A stretch of 64,000 nt of DNA. Source: Bacteroidales bacterium (lineage in GTDB: Bacteria > Bacteroidota > Bacteroidia > Bacteroidales > UBA7960). The notes under the pieces were generated by a model. That model saw only the letters and a list, made by a program, of their open reading frames with translations, was not told where the DNA came from and did not search any database. This document shows, piece after piece, positions 53,599-64,000 of the stretch. Each line of letters starts with the position of its first letter. The first letter of the stretch is position 1. The position numbers and the translations under genes were made by a program. The stretch is taken from the NCBI GenBank assembly GCA_003556325.1, contig PWRF01000346.1, positions 5,520 to 69,519 of the forward strand, given 5' to 3'.

Positions 53599-56229
53599 TT
53601 ATTTAAGCAGCAGAGAGTTAAAAATCAGCTTGTTGGACACCGGGGTTGACCCTCTGAAATTGGGGGCAAAAGAGAAGAGTATCGCTTGCCCCTCGCCGCG
53701 CTTAAGCCACACTACGGCCGGATGTCGTTCCAGCAGCTCTTCTTTTTCTGTGTAACCGCTTAAAAGCAGGTCTTTATCTTCGGGAAACTTTCCGATCACC
53801 CTGCGATCCATTCCGAAGCTGGGTATGGACGTTGCAAAAACAGGTGAATTCCTGTGAAATACACCTATCTGGTTTTGCATGCCCAGTGTTATGGGATGAT
53901 CTTCCAGAAGGTTGATCTTCAGCAGTGAACCCGGACTGTAAAACCCGTTATTTGTGAGTTGCCCGGATACATTCTGCACAGGGAAGCGGAAATTATTCTC
54001 GTCTTCGCCGGGGTTCATCAGTCCGAAGAAAAGCTCGGTGGACCGCGCCCAGGAAACAATATTTCCTCCCTTTTCCATAAATTTCAGCACATTCTGCCAC
54101 CCTTCGCTTCCCATGCCTTTTATGTATTCCGGGTTGTAAAAGGGAATATATACCTCACCGGCACGGGTGGTGTGTCCATGCAGGATCTGATCTTTGGTGG
54201 CGTCGGGAAATACGATCACATCGAACTTCCCTTTCAGGTCGGTGTCTTTGAAATCTACAGGATTGAGGACGCTGTATCTGATGCCATAAGTGTCGAATAG
54301 CCAGCGGGTCCAGCCGGCATCCATGTCGTGAAAATTTGTTTCACACAGGGCAATCCTGGGCATATCAACGTTTGCGATCTGCACATTCGGCAATTCAGTA
54401 AGATATTCAGGGTTGATATGGAGATCTTCCAAAAGGGATAACAGGAATTCACGGTTGCTTCTGCTCACTGGTATCACGAAACTTCCTTCGGGATATGGTT
54501 CATCCTGCCACAGCATCTTCTCGGTAGTTCTCATTACGTCAAATCCTTCGCCAAGGGTGGAGAAAGCTGCTTTGTAGCTGTGGTTTTTGTTTGCAGGAAA
54601 GAGAAGATGGGTGATGTCTCCGGGTACGCCCCTGCTGACGTGCAGCTCATAAGGGTTGATCCGTGAGTACTGAACGAGGTCGTTTTTGTAGGGAGTGTTG
54701 ATCTCATGGCTCAACACTCCACGGTGCAGGGGCAAAGACCAGGAGGTGATGTCGTAGGGCCTGATCATCTCTCCGCCGGGAGTATATCTGCGTACGGGAA
54801 ACTCCTGGCTTTCCATGACCTCCTTGATGAAAGCTCGGAAAGGCTGGGCAAGCGGGATGATAAAATCGCCTTCACGAATAAACAAACCCTCCATGACGGC
54901 ATCGTTATCCATTTGGTATATGTTGATGCCATGCCGGTCCATGAGCTTTAAAAGACTAATCAACTCACCCTGGTCGTGTTGCTCGCGCGGCAGCACATAA
55001 TAAAACGGAGGCTTGGGAAGCCCTTTGTTGATTTCTCTGCGTGCCATCTCATTCCTGAACTCCAGAATATCCTCACGGTGCAGGGAAGCGGTTTTTACCA
55101 GGGAATATACCGACTCCAGTTCATAAGTTACCAAGTCCTCCAATCTCCACCACCCTCCAGGCCATGGAGCAGGAAAGTTGATGCTTTTTTTGTATTCAGA
55201 CAATCCTTTGCCAAAAACGCGCAGTTCGTTGGCCTCGATGTAAATGGGTGTTGCCAGTTGAACCGAGGCGGCTTCGGTAAGCAGGCTGATCACGTTTTTC
55301 CAGGTCGATGTTTGGGTAGACCCCGGCCAGTAATCATCAAAAAGGTAATGCTGGCTGATGCCCTTCAGTCCGCTGGCGGTCATGTCCCTTGCCATGTTTG
55401 AACCAAAAACCCAGGTCCAGTTCCATACCAGTTCGTCTACATTTTGTGCAATGGGGTCGTGGTTGGGGGGCACGAAATACCTCGGCCCTGTGCTTCCCAT
55501 CTGGTGCTTTTCGACGAGCACGTGAGGGAACCAGTCGCGGTTGTATATGTCGGCCACGGCCTGGTTATCGGTTTGGGTAAGGGTTACAAAGTCACGGTTT
55601 ATGTTGTGACCTACGTACTTATGGTAAACTCCGGGTAAAGAACTTCCCTCATAAGGTGTATCCAGGTATCTGCGGTAATGCTCCACGATCATATTCATCC
55701 CATCCGGATTGTGGCAAGGAACCATCATAAAAACGACATTGTCGAGATGGCCGGGATTGCTGCCGGTCCCTGTGATGAGGTTGTATGCCATCAGTGGAGC
55801 AGCCTGGGAGGGTGCAACCTCGGTAGAGTGCATCGACAAGGTAACCAGCACAAACGTTTTTCCTTCGTCGATAAGTTCTTCAAGCTCGGCGGGAGGAATA
55901 TCCGCATCGAGTGCCAACCGGCGGTTTATTTCCTGCAACCTGTCCAGGTTAGCTATGTTTTCTGCCGAGGAAACAAAACCAATATACATAGGTCTGCCCA
56001 TTGGGGACTCTCCATGTTCGACCATCTTCATCATGTCGGATTGGTTTTGAAGGAGATCAAGGTATTCAATCAGTTCTTCATAGAGAAACATCTTTCTGTC
56101 GTCGCCCGGGTTAAAACCAAAAAAGTCTTTCGGGGCAGTTAGTCCGTTTTCTCCTGCAGAGAGGCTTGCTGATTTGATAAGGAAGCAAATGGCGGTAAAA
56201 AGTAAAACAAAGGACCTTGAAAGAAACAT
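53599..56229 (-). CDS. M14-family zinc carboxypeptidase-like protein (large secreted form)
   Basis: 876 aa with a signal peptide. It has the zinc-binding HSTE (LSMHSTEV) and a VPCHNPDG region. Confidence 0.7.
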   Translation of the reverse strand: MFLSRSFVLLFTAICFLIKSASLSAGENGLTAPKDFFGFNPGDDRKMFLYEELIEYLDLLQNQSDMMKMVEHGESPMGRPMYIGFVSSAENIANLDRLQEINRRLALDADIPPAELEELIDEGKTFVLVTLSMHSTEVAPSQAAPLMAYNLITGTGSNPGHLDNVVFMMVPCHNPDGMNMIVEHYRRYLDTPYEGSSLPGVYHKYVGHNINRDFVTLTQTDNQAVADIYNRDWFPHVLVEKHQMGSTGPRYFVPPNHDPIAQNVDELVWNWTWVFGSNMARDMTASGLKGISQHYLFDDYWPGSTQTSTWKNVISLLTEAASVQLATPIYIEANELRVFGKGLSEYKKSINFPAPWPGGWWRLEDLVTYELESVYSLVKTASLHREDILEFRNEMARREINKGLPKPPFYYVLPREQHDQGELISLLKLMDRHGINIYQMDNDAVMEGLFIREGDFIIPLAQPFRAFIKEVMESQEFPVRRYTPGGEMIRPYDITSWSLPLHRGVLSHEINTPYKNDLVQYSRINPYELHVSRGVPGDITHLLFPANKNHSYKAAFSTLGEGFDVMRTTEKMLWQDEPYPEGSFVIPVSRSNREFLLSLLEDLHINPEYLTELPNVQIANVDMPRIALCETNFHDMDAGWTRWLFDTYGIRYSVLNPVDFKDTDLKGKFDVIVFPDATKDQILHGHTTRAGEVYIPFYNPEYIKGMGSEGWQNVLKFMEKGGNIVSWARSTELFFGLMNPGEDENNFRFPVQNVSGQLTNNGFYSPGSLLKINLLEDHPITLGMQNQIGVFHRNSPVFATSIPSFGMDRRVIGKFPEDKDLLLSGYTEKEELLERHPAVVWLKRGEGQAILFSFAPNFRGSTPVSNKLIFNSLLLK

Positions 56230-56356
56230 AATTGTAAGAATTTAGAAAAAATGCATTTTAATGATAAATGGAACGGGCATAAAAATACAAAAATGATTGA
56301 CAATACAGAGCCAATCATTCTCCATAGTCAAAAATGCCTGTTTTCTGAACGATGGG

Positions 56357-57766
56357 TTACTTACTCATAATGGTATTGTAAGTTTGCATCAGGATGTCGG
56401 AAGCTTCTTCTTTGTTGCTGCCTTCTGCATAGGTCCTTAGCACCGGTTCAGTTCCCGAAGGCCTTATCATCACCCACTGGTGGTCGCTGAAATAGTATTT
56501 AAACCCGTCCAGGGTTTCGGTATGCAGAACCTTATATTTCCCAAAGCTATTGTAAACCCCTTTTTTGCAATTCTCCACGATACGCTCTTTCTCAGCGGGA
56601 TCAAGCGCAAGATCTGATCTTTCAAAAGCAAATGGGCCGGTGATTTTATATACGTCATCTATCAGCTCCGTGAGTGACTTGCCGCTTTTTACCATGGCTT
56701 CCCAGATGATCAGGCCGTTATAAATGCCATCGCGTTCAGGAATTTGACCATTTACCGCTATCCCTCCTGATTCTTCTCCGCCTACCAGGACCTCTTCCTC
56801 CAGCATAATGCCGCAAATATGCTTGAATCCTATTTTTACCACCTCAAGGGGTATCTGATAATATGCACACAGCTCTTTTATTTTTACTGATGAGGAAAAC
56901 CCGACCACCACCTTCCCCTTTTTGTTTTTGTGTTGATGCAGGTATTGAATCAGGAGCAGCTTTACGTGGTGGGAGTCGATGTAGTTTCCGTATTCGTCCA
57001 TCAGGGCTGTCCGGTCCGCATCGCCGTCGACGGCAAGGCCGCAATGAATGTTTCCAGCTTCTTTGATGGCTTTTGTGAATGCTTTCAGGTTTTTTGCCAG
57101 GGGCTCCGGTGGGATGCCGTCGAAAAGAGGCTGCCTTTCGCTGTGCAGGTGCATTATGTCCGGGAAAAGCCTTTTCATGATGTTTTGCCCGGAGCCATAC
57201 ATAGCATCAAAGGCAAAGTTCATGTCTGAGTTGCGAATCTCATTCAGGTCGAATTGACTTTCAAGATGTTTGCAATACATGTCTTCCAGGTCGACATATT
57301 CAAGCAAGCCTGCTTTCTGCAGCTCCTCCAGGCGTATATTTTCATATTCTCCGGCCGCCCGTGGGGGTATTAATTCTTCGATCTCGCCCACCTCTTTCTC
57401 CAGGAGGGGCCCTCCGTATGCGCCTTTGAGTTTGTAGCCGTTATATTCGGGAGGGTTGTGGCTTGCTGTTATGAACACGCCGAGGGTGCTTTTGTGACGT
57501 ACAGTGCCCAGGCTGATCATTGGGGCTGTGGCTATTGTACTGGCCATATACACTTTGATATTGTGCCGGCATAGCACCTTAATCACTGTATCAGTAAATA
57601 GTTCGCCGCCAAACCTGCAATCGTGGCCGAGAACGATAGTTGGCTTTTCCGTTTGCCTTAATGCCCACAATGCCGTGCCTTCAGCGATGCGCGCCACGTT
57701 GGAGGTGGTAAAATCCTTTGCAATAACGGCCCTCCAGCCATCTGTTCCGAATTTGATTTCTTTCAT
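56357..57766 (-). CDS. alpha-D-phosphohexomutase (PGM/PMM family)
   Basis: N-terminus KFGTDGWRA, phosphoserine loop TASHNPPEYNGYK, and metal loop AVDGDADR. Confidence 0.85.
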   Translation of the reverse strand: MKEIKFGTDGWRAVIAKDFTTSNVARIAEGTALWALRQTEKPTIVLGHDCRFGGELFTDTVIKVLCRHNIKVYMASTIATAPMISLGTVRHKSTLGVFITASHNPPEYNGYKLKGAYGGPLLEKEVGEIEELIPPRAAGEYENIRLEELQKAGLLEYVDLEDMYCKHLESQFDLNEIRNSDMNFAFDAMYGSGQNIMKRLFPDIMHLHSERQPLFDGIPPEPLAKNLKAFTKAIKEAGNIHCGLAVDGDADRTALMDEYGNYIDSHHVKLLLIQYLHQHKNKKGKVVVGFSSSVKIKELCAYYQIPLEVVKIGFKHICGIMLEEEVLVGGEESGGIAVNGQIPERDGIYNGLIIWEAMVKSGKSLTELIDDVYKITGPFAFERSDLALDPAEKERIVENCKKGVYNSFGKYKVLHTETLDGFKYYFSDHQWVMIRPSGTEPVLRTYAEGSNKEEASDILMQTYNTIMSK

Positions 57767-57881
57767 GCTTTTCTGTTCGTTAACCCGTTTTCGTTTCTCT
57801 GTTTATCCCGTAAAATGCATCTGCATGGCCAGAAAGGTGGTGATGCCGGTCTGTTCGCCTGAAAATCAGAACATTGACCCT

Positions 57882-58925
57882 CTACCTGAAAACATTTCTT
57901 TCGTCCAGCGCCCTTCTGTATCTTCTTGCGTTAGCCAGATGTTCTGCATAGGTACGTGCAAAAACATGGTATCCGCTAAAGTCTGGCTTTGCGCTGAAAT
58001 AGAGGTAGTCGTGTTCTTCGTAGTGTAATACCGCGTCAATGGCATGCGGCTCCGGCAAGTTGATGGGGCCGGGCGGCAGTCCGGCGTACTTGTATGTATT
58101 ATAAGGAGAATCTATTTCCAGGTGCCTGTTAAGTACACGCCTGATGGTAAAATCGCCCAGCGCATAGATCACCGTCGGATCCGCCTGGAGGGGAATCCCG
58201 AGGTTTAGTCTGTTCATGTAAACACCTGCAATTCTGGCCTTTTCCTCTCTTTTGTTTGTTTCGCTTTGCACGATCGATGCCAGTATGCCTGCCTCAGCCT
58301 CCGATAAGCCAATTTCTTTTGCTCTTTGCCTGCGCGCTTCATTCCAGAAAACCCGGTATTCACGTTGCATCCTGTCAAACAGCTGCCTGGCGTTTGTATT
58401 CCAGAACACTTCGTATGTATTTGGAATAAAAAGCAATCGTGCCGGCAAAGAGTCTGTCCCGGCCTCCCGGAGCAATTCGTGGTTACGCAGAAGATCAATG
58501 ATCTCTGTTGAATCTGCCTCTATTTGCGAGGCTATTCTTCCCGCAAGTTCCTCGTTGGTGCGGATATTATGAAAAGTCAGCCTCACTGGGCTTTGTTCTC
58601 CCGATCGCAGAAGGTTGATCAGTTCGTTGTTGCTCATGCCGTGGCGAATAAGGTAGCGACCTGCCATTACGCGGTTAGGGTAGTTTTTTTGTCTGGCCAG
58701 CCAATCAAACCGGTCGGGGTGGCGTAACAGGTCCTTATCTATGACCATCCCGAGCACATCATCATAGCTGCTCCCTGTAGGGATGTGCAGGTGAATATGT
58801 TCTTTTTCTGCAAGTGCCACATTTGGCGCATAGACATAACTATAAAACAGTATGCCTGCGGCGGCCAGGACGGCCACAAAGACTCCGGCGGCAATTTTTA
58901 TCATCAGTGCAACTCTCATAATCAT
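57882..58925 (-). CDS. mltG: endolytic murein transglycosylase MltG (YceG-like)
   Basis: N-terminal TM anchor, and a YceG-domain motif ASIVQSETNKREEKARIAGVYMNRL. Confidence 0.85.
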   Translation of the reverse strand: MIMRVALMIKIAAGVFVAVLAAAGILFYSYVYAPNVALAEKEHIHLHIPTGSSYDDVLGMVIDKDLLRHPDRFDWLARQKNYPNRVMAGRYLIRHGMSNNELINLLRSGEQSPVRLTFHNIRTNEELAGRIASQIEADSTEIIDLLRNHELLREAGTDSLPARLLFIPNTYEVFWNTNARQLFDRMQREYRVFWNEARRQRAKEIGLSEAEAGILASIVQSETNKREEKARIAGVYMNRLNLGIPLQADPTVIYALGDFTIRRVLNRHLEIDSPYNTYKYAGLPPGPINLPEPHAIDAVLHYEEHDYLYFSAKPDFSGYHVFARTYAEHLANARRYRRALDERNVFR

Positions 58926-58982
58926 GAGAAGTAACGTTTTTCGTTATTATTCATTGCGGCAACCTGTATTATTTCAAACTGG

Positions 58983-59501
58983 CTAAAACAGCAATTGCAG
59001 GAAATGTTCATCGTGCCAGCGGTTTTGATACATGCGCCATGCCTTTCGTGTGCCTGTTATCTCAAAGCCTTTACGTTCGAACAGGCGCAGGCTTCCTTTG
59101 TTCCCGGTGCTTATGCCGCAAAACAACTGCTTCAGGTTCAATGTGTTTTTCGCATACTCCTTTATAATGTCAATGGCTTCGGAGCCATAGCCCTGGCGTT
59201 GGTGCTGCGGAGCAATCAAAACACCCACTGCCGCACGCCGGTGATGGGGGTCAAAATCAAACAGATCTATTATCCCCACGGTGACCCCTGCGACGGTTTC
59301 GATCATCAGGCGCAATTGCTTGTCATGATATATGTTATTTTCTGAGCCCAGGATATATTGTTCGAGGAAAAAACGCGAAATGGGGTTCAGGTGGTTGGAT
59401 GCAACCCAGTTTTTTGCATCATTTTCCCAGGTGTAGAGGTTTTCCAGGTCTTCTATTTCAACCGGTCTCAGATGTATGCGATCTCCTGTTAAAGGCTTCA
59501 T
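58983..59501 (-). CDS. GNAT-family N-acetyltransferase
   Basis: 172 aa with an acetyl-CoA-binding motif QHQRQGYGSEAI. Confidence 0.75.
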   Translation of the reverse strand: MKPLTGDRIHLRPVEIEDLENLYTWENDAKNWVASNHLNPISRFFLEQYILGSENNIYHDKQLRLMIETVAGVTVGIIDLFDFDPHHRRAAVGVLIAPQHQRQGYGSEAIDIIKEYAKNTLNLKQLFCGISTGNKGSLRLFERKGFEITGTRKAWRMYQNRWHDEHFLQLLF

Positions 59502-59504
59502 ATT

Positions 59505-60332
59505 TCAAATGCCGTTACGTGAAAATTCACCCTGAAAGATGAAGGTTGCCGGTCCTTCAAGTGAAACGTTTCTGTATGCTGATCCTTTTTCTGCCGGAGG
59601 TGAAAACGCAACTCTGAGTTCGCCTCCTTTGGTAGTTACCGTGTATGCCTGTTGGGCGCCGCCGGCACGGTGATGGGCTGCTATTGCGGCGGCAGCTGCA
59701 CCGCTGCCGCAGGAGAGAGTTTCGTTTTCCACTCCTCTTTCATACGTTTTTACATAAAGCTTGCCATCCTGCTGGTGTTTCACGAAGCTGACATTTGTGC
59801 CATCCGGCGCCCATTGTTTTTGATGCCGAATTTGCCTTCCCTCCGCAACCGCATCTATGCTTTCCAGGTTTTCAACAAACAAAACCACGTGCGGCGAACC
59901 GGTGTCCACAAAATACATGTTGTCAGCAACGGCATCCGGCATGCGCGTTTCCTTTAGATTAACCCTTACATGGGTGACAATGCCATCCTGCTTTGTTACG
60001 GCAGCTTCATGGTGTCCGTCGGAGGTCAGGAAAAGGGTTTTCCCGCCTTTGATAAGGCGATTGGATAATGCAAATGCCACGGCGCATCTGCTTCCATTAC
60101 CGCAGAAGCTTCCCGGCCGACCGTCTGAGTTGAAATACCGCATTCTGAAATCCACGCCCGGTGCCCTTTCTATCAGGATAAGCCCGTCTGCTCCAATACC
60201 AAAATGCCGGTGGCACAGTTTTTTTATGAGCAACTCCGTCTTAGGGCTGTTGGCGCTAAAAAAATCCTTTGTATTGTCAATTACAATAAAATCATTCCCG
60301 GTGCCATGATATTTTTTAAAAGGGATCGTCAT
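59505..60332 (-). CDS. dapF: diaminopimelate epimerase
   Basis: YHGTGNDFIVID, with catalytic Cys motifs FCGNGSRC and SCGSGAAA. An alternative upstream ATG is at 60353. Confidence 0.9.
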   Translation of the reverse strand: MTIPFKKYHGTGNDFIVIDNTKDFFSANSPKTELLIKKLCHRHFGIGADGLILIERAPGVDFRMRYFNSDGRPGSFCGNGSRCAVAFALSNRLIKGGKTLFLTSDGHHEAAVTKQDGIVTHVRVNLKETRMPDAVADNMYFVDTGSPHVVLFVENLESIDAVAEGRQIRHQKQWAPDGTNVSFVKHQQDGKLYVKTYERGVENETLSCGSGAAAAAIAAHHRAGGAQQAYTVTTKGGELRVAFSPPAEKGSAYRNVSLEGPATFIFQGEFSRNGI

Positions 60333-60596
60333 TGCAATGTAGTTTTCTGACACTCAAAAGTAGCAAAAAAACAAAGATGGGCTTTCGAAATAATTATATG
60401 TGACAGATTGGCAGTGCGGAAAGTGTTGATATAGTGGCTATAACACAGGCGTGTACGTGTTTTTAAAATTTGTTAAGATTTTTTGTCATCCTAAGGCATA
60501 TTTATTGATGAGCAGGTTTGATAAAACAAAAGATATTTTCGGTTTGTAGTAAAACAAAGCCGTAAAAATGTTGTTAACAAATTAAAAGGAAATACT

Positions 60597-62081
60597 ATGA
60601 AAAAGTTTTTAGGCCTGTTTCTTGCAGCTCTTCTTGGTGGAATAGCTGCAACCGGTATTCAGTCTGTCTATCTTTCACCTGACAACGGGGACGTAACTGT
60701 TTCTCATGTTATTCCGGCAAGATCTGAGAGAGTTCCGGCTTCTTTGGTTCGGCATATGAACGATTTTTCTGAGGGATTGCCAGATTTTACCGTTGTTTCG
60801 GACATGACAGTAAATGCTGTCGTTCATATTCAGGCTGAGTTTCAGCGCCAGCGCAGTCAGCAGCATGATTTTTTCGGGCCTGATGATTTTTTTGATTTCT
60901 TTTTTGGTCCCCGCCGCCGGCCTTCTCCCCAGCAACGTCCCATTATTGGTTCCGGGAGTGGAGTAATAATTTCGCCGGACGGCTACATCGTCACCAATAA
61001 CCATGTGATCGACAACGCAACTCAAATTGAAGTGAGCTTAAACGATAACAGGGTGTATGATGCCGAGGTTGTTGGTTACGACCCTACGACAGACCTGGCA
61101 TTGCTGAAAATTGACGAGGCAAATCTTCCGTTTCTGGAATTTGGGGATTCTGACCAGCTTCTTGTAGGCGAGTGGGTGCTTGCCATCGGCAACCCCTTTA
61201 ACCTGCAGTCAACTGTCACGGCAGGCATAGTAAGTGCCAAAGGCCGCAATATCAATATTCTTGCCGACACGATGGCCATAGAGTCTTTTATCCAGACAGA
61301 TGCGGCTGTTAACAGGGGGAATAGCGGAGGAGCCCTTGTTAACACCAGGGGCGAACTTATTGGGATCAACACAGCCATTGCTTCAACTACAGGTGCTTTT
61401 GCAGGGTATTCTTTTGCCATTCCATCTAATATTGCAAATAAGGTTACCGAAGATCTGATGGAGTTTGGTGAGGTGCAGCGAGGAATGCTGGGTGTGACCA
61501 TATCGCCGCTTACCAGCCGGGAGGCAGAGGAGCGCGGTCTGGGTGTGATCCGGGGGGCCTATGTGGAAAGCGTTTCGCCAAACAGTGCCGCCGAAAAGGC
61601 CGGTATACGAGAGGGCGATGTAATTTTAAAAATTAATGATAACGCGGTTCGTAATCCTACCGAGCTGATTGAGGTTGTCGGGCGTAAACGTCCGGGCGAC
61701 GAGGTAAGAGTGACCTACTACCGCGACGGCAGGGAGAGGACAACCTCAGCCATCTTGAAGAATATCTATGGCGAGATAGCAGAAGTCACCAGGGAAGTTA
61801 GGGAGACAGCAGAAATCCTTGGAGCACGCTTCGAGGAAATTACGGAGCAGGATCTGGAACAGCTTGACACAGATCATGGAGTGAGGGTGGCCTCCGTTGC
61901 ACGTGGCGCTCTGAGAAATGCCGGTATACGCCAGGGCTTTATTATAACACACATCGACAACCAGGAGGTGCATCACCCGGATGATGTGCTTAACATGCTG
62001 GAAGGAAGAAGCGGTGGTGTTCTTATTGAAGGAATTACTCCTGACGGCACCAGGGCGTATTACGGAGTCGGTCTCAGCTAA
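60597..62081 (+). CDS. htrA: Do/HtrA-family periplasmic serine protease with PDZ domains
   Basis: Catalytic triad context NNHVI, DLALLK and GNSGGAL, followed by two PDZ-like regions. Confidence 0.9.
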   Translation: MKKFLGLFLAALLGGIAATGIQSVYLSPDNGDVTVSHVIPARSERVPASLVRHMNDFSEGLPDFTVVSDMTVNAVVHIQAEFQRQRSQQHDFFGPDDFFDFFFGPRRRPSPQQRPIIGSGSGVIISPDGYIVTNNHVIDNATQIEVSLNDNRVYDAEVVGYDPTTDLALLKIDEANLPFLEFGDSDQLLVGEWVLAIGNPFNLQSTVTAGIVSAKGRNINILADTMAIESFIQTDAAVNRGNSGGALVNTRGELIGINTAIASTTGAFAGYSFAIPSNIANKVTEDLMEFGEVQRGMLGVTISPLTSREAEERGLGVIRGAYVESVSPNSAAEKAGIREGDVILKINDNAVRNPTELIEVVGRKRPGDEVRVTYYRDGRERTTSAILKNIYGEIAEVTREVRETAEILGARFEEITEQDLEQLDTDHGVRVASVARGALRNAGIRQGFIITHIDNQEVHHPDDVLNMLEGRSGGVLIEGITPDGTRAYYGVGLS

Positions 62082-62143
62082 ACACAGCTGATCGAAACCG
62101 CTTGTAACTGTCTGATGCTATTGTCTGAAACAAAATTTTTTTG

Positions 62144-62151
62144 TACCTTTG
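62144..62151 (+). promoter_or_regulatory. TAnnTTTG box upstream of rpoD
   Basis: tacctttg lies 66 nt upstream of the rpoD ATG. Confidence 0.35.
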
Positions 62152-62216
62152 AGGGTTTTTTCTGCACCGGGTGAGAAAACCCCCTTTAACCTTTTAACAA
62201 TAAAGGACTTCCATAT

Positions 62217-63083
62217 ATGCGACAACTGAAAATTTCGAAATCAATAACGAACCGGGACACCGCGTCACTGGATAAGTATTTACAGGAGATTGGCAAGGTT
62301 CCTCTTATATCTGCAGAAGAAGAGGTGCAACTGGCCCAGAGGATCAAACAAGGTGACCAGGTTGCACTCGAAAAGCTTACCAAAGCGAATCTTCGTTTTG
62401 TTGTATCCGTTGCCAAGCAATATCAAAACCAGGGGTTGAGCCTGCCAGACCTTATAAACGAAGGCAATCTCGGTTTGATAAAAGCTGCCAAGCGCTTTGA
62501 CGAAACACGGGGTTTTAAATTTATCTCTTACGCCGTTTGGTGGATTCGCCAGTCTATACTGCAGGCCCTGGCGGAACAATCCCGTATTGTAAGGTTGCCC
62601 CTTAACCAGGTAGGCTCTCTGAACAAAATAAAGAAAGAGGCATCCAGGCTGGAGCAGCGTTATGAGCGCCCTCCATCAGCCGAAGAGCTGGCCGACGCCC
62701 TTGATGTCAACGAAGATAAGATCACAGAATCCTTCCGGATCTCCACACACCATGTTTCTGTGGATGCACCGCTGGTACAGGGCGAAGATGCAAGCTTGCT
62801 TGATGTATATGTAAACCAGGATTCACCCAATGCTGACTCAAGCCTGATACACGAATCCCTTGCCAGGGAGATACAACGTTCGCTTGCTACCCTCACTGAA
62901 AAGGAGCGTGACGTGATAAATCTTTATTTCGGTATAGGAATGAATCATGGATTGACCCTGGATGAGATAGGCGCAAAATTTGACCTCACCCGTGAGCGTG
63001 TGCGTCAAATCAAAGAGAAGGCTATCCGCCGTTTGAAACATACCTCGAGAAGTAAGCTTCTTAAGGCCTACCTTGGCCAGTAA
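62217..63083 (+). CDS. rpoD: RNA polymerase primary sigma factor (short Bacteroidota RpoD/SigA)
   Basis: 288 aa with region 2 ([10 protein letters not shown]) and region 4 ([14 protein letters not shown] ... [15 protein letters not shown]). Confidence 0.9.
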   Translation: MRQLKISKSITNRDTASLDKYLQEIGKVPLISAEEEVQLAQRIKQGDQVALEKLTKANLRFVVSVAKQYQNQGLSLPDLINEGNLGLIKAAKRFDETRGFKFISYAVWWIRQSILQALAEQSRIVRLPLNQVGSLNKIKKEASRLEQRYERPPSAEELADALDVNEDKITESFRISTHHVSVDAPLVQGEDASLLDVYVNQDSPNADSSLIHESLAREIQRSLATLTEKERDVINLYFGIGMNHGLTLDEIGAKFDLTRERVRQIKEKAIRRLKHTSRSKLLKAYLGQ

Positions 63084-63101
63084 AATAAAAACATACCAGG
63101 T

Positions 63102-63146
63102 AAAGGGGCAAAGCACAACGAATAACTATGCTGCCCCTTTTTATTT
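63102..63146 (+). terminator. rho-independent terminator of rpoD
   Basis: 9-bp stem aaaggggca (63102-10) / tgccccttt (63132-40), then ttattt. Confidence 0.6.
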
Positions 63147-63170
63147 ATCACTCCTTAAGCCCAACCCCTT

Positions 63171-64000
63171 ATGAAGCGTCTGTTGTATTTATTCGTCTTT
63201 TCCTTTGCAGCTCTGTTCATCTTTCCGGATACAGTTTTTTCGCGGGATGTCAAAGTTCAGGTTGCTGTCACGGCGGATGTGCATGCACGTCTATTCCCTT
63301 ATGATTTTGTAGCCAACAAGCCTGCCAGGACAAGCCTCGCCAATGTGCATTACATGTCCCAGGTTTTGCGTGCCAGGGACCGCAGCAACCTTATTCTGCT
63401 CGATAACGGCGACCTGATTCAGGGAACTCCTGCTGCCTACTATGCAAACTTCCTCCAGGAAGCAGACAAAAACCTCTTTAGCCGCGTCATGAACTTTATC
63501 GGCTACGATGCTGCAACCATTGGCAACCATGATATAGAGGCCGGCCCGGAAGTGTATAATCGCTTACTGGAAGAGTTTGATTTTCCGTGGCTTGGTGGTA
63601 ATGTGCTGGATGCTGAAACCGGAGAGCCCTATTTCAAGCCTTATACCATTATCGAGAGACAGAGGGTAAAGGTTGCTGTGTTGGGCCTCACCACTACGGG
63701 AGTACCCACCTGGTTGCCCCCGCACCTTTGGGAAGGCCTGGCCTTTAAGGATATGGTAGAAAGCGCACGTTACTGGATAGACTATATTCAGGAGAACGAG
63801 GATGCCGATGCTATAGTGGGACTGTTTCACAGTGGCTTTGGACCTTTGGACCCCGATCCTGACGACCACCCCCTTGAACATGCATCCGGCTATATCGCCA
63901 AACACGTGCATGGATTTGACGTTATTTTTGCCTCACATGATCATCAGCGTAGACTTCAAACAGTAAGCAGCACAGCCGGAAAAGATGTAATGGTAATAAA
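63171..64000 (+). CDS. metallophosphoesterase / 5'-nucleotidase-like protein, N-terminal part (runs off the window end)
   Basis: Translated by hand: MKRLLYLFVFSFAALFIFPDTVFS signal, then TADVHARLFPYDF, LLDNGDLIQGTP, GNHDIEAG and SHDHQ. The frame is open to base 64000 and is absent from the ORF track because it has no stop. Confidence 0.7.
   Translation, partial: MKRLLYLFVFSFAALFIFPDTVFSRDVKVQVAVTADVHARLFPYDFVANKPARTSLANVHYMSQVLRARDRSNLILLDNGDLIQGTPAAYYANFLQEADKNLFSRVMNFIGYDAATIGNHDIEAGPEVYNRLLEEFDFPWLGGNVLDAETGEPYFKPYTIIERQRVKVAVLGLTTTGVPTWLPPHLWEGLAFKDMVESARYWIDYIQENEDADAIVGLFHSGFGPLDPDPDDHPLEHASGYIAKHVHGFDVIFASHDHQRRLQTVSSTAGKDVMVI

Overview
This is a gene-dense 64-kb chromosomal segment with about 50 CDS on both strands. 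Its content points to a Bacteroidota genome: adjacent T9SS genes porU-porV, a 288-aa primary sigma factor, the parA-parB-DUF5683-dapB-lepB block, the rpmG-DUF4295-ftsY-rimO block, and TAnnTTTG promoter boxes. Most genes are housekeeping: ispF, lptB, recQ, dCMP deaminase, csp, pckA, a TolC/MFP/RND efflux operon, yggS, guaA, ftsK, lolA-like, speA-like, nth, dapF, htrA, rpoD and others. I saw no rRNA, tRNA, CRISPR array, transposase, integrase or phage gene. I could not identify a convincing multi-gene novel system. Seven things are not explained by ordinary annotation. (1) pckA reads through its normal C-terminus into a 209-codon unrecognisable extension. (2) porV carries a single in-frame TAG next to an intact porU. 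(3) A three-copy intergenic repeat family contains a variable-number 8-bp tandem array and always sits just 5' of a minus-strand envelope gene. (4) Purine-rich heptamer arrays plus a duplicated hairpin unit lie in front of a porin-like gene. (5) A 54-bp duplicate of the yggS 3' end lies 9.5 kb away. (6) A 550-bp repeat-rich, terminator-bearing non-coding region lies upstream of speA. (7) A three-segment stem-loop lies upstream of a DUF2007-USP gene. All family calls come from motifs recognised by eye. No searches, folding or statistics were run.
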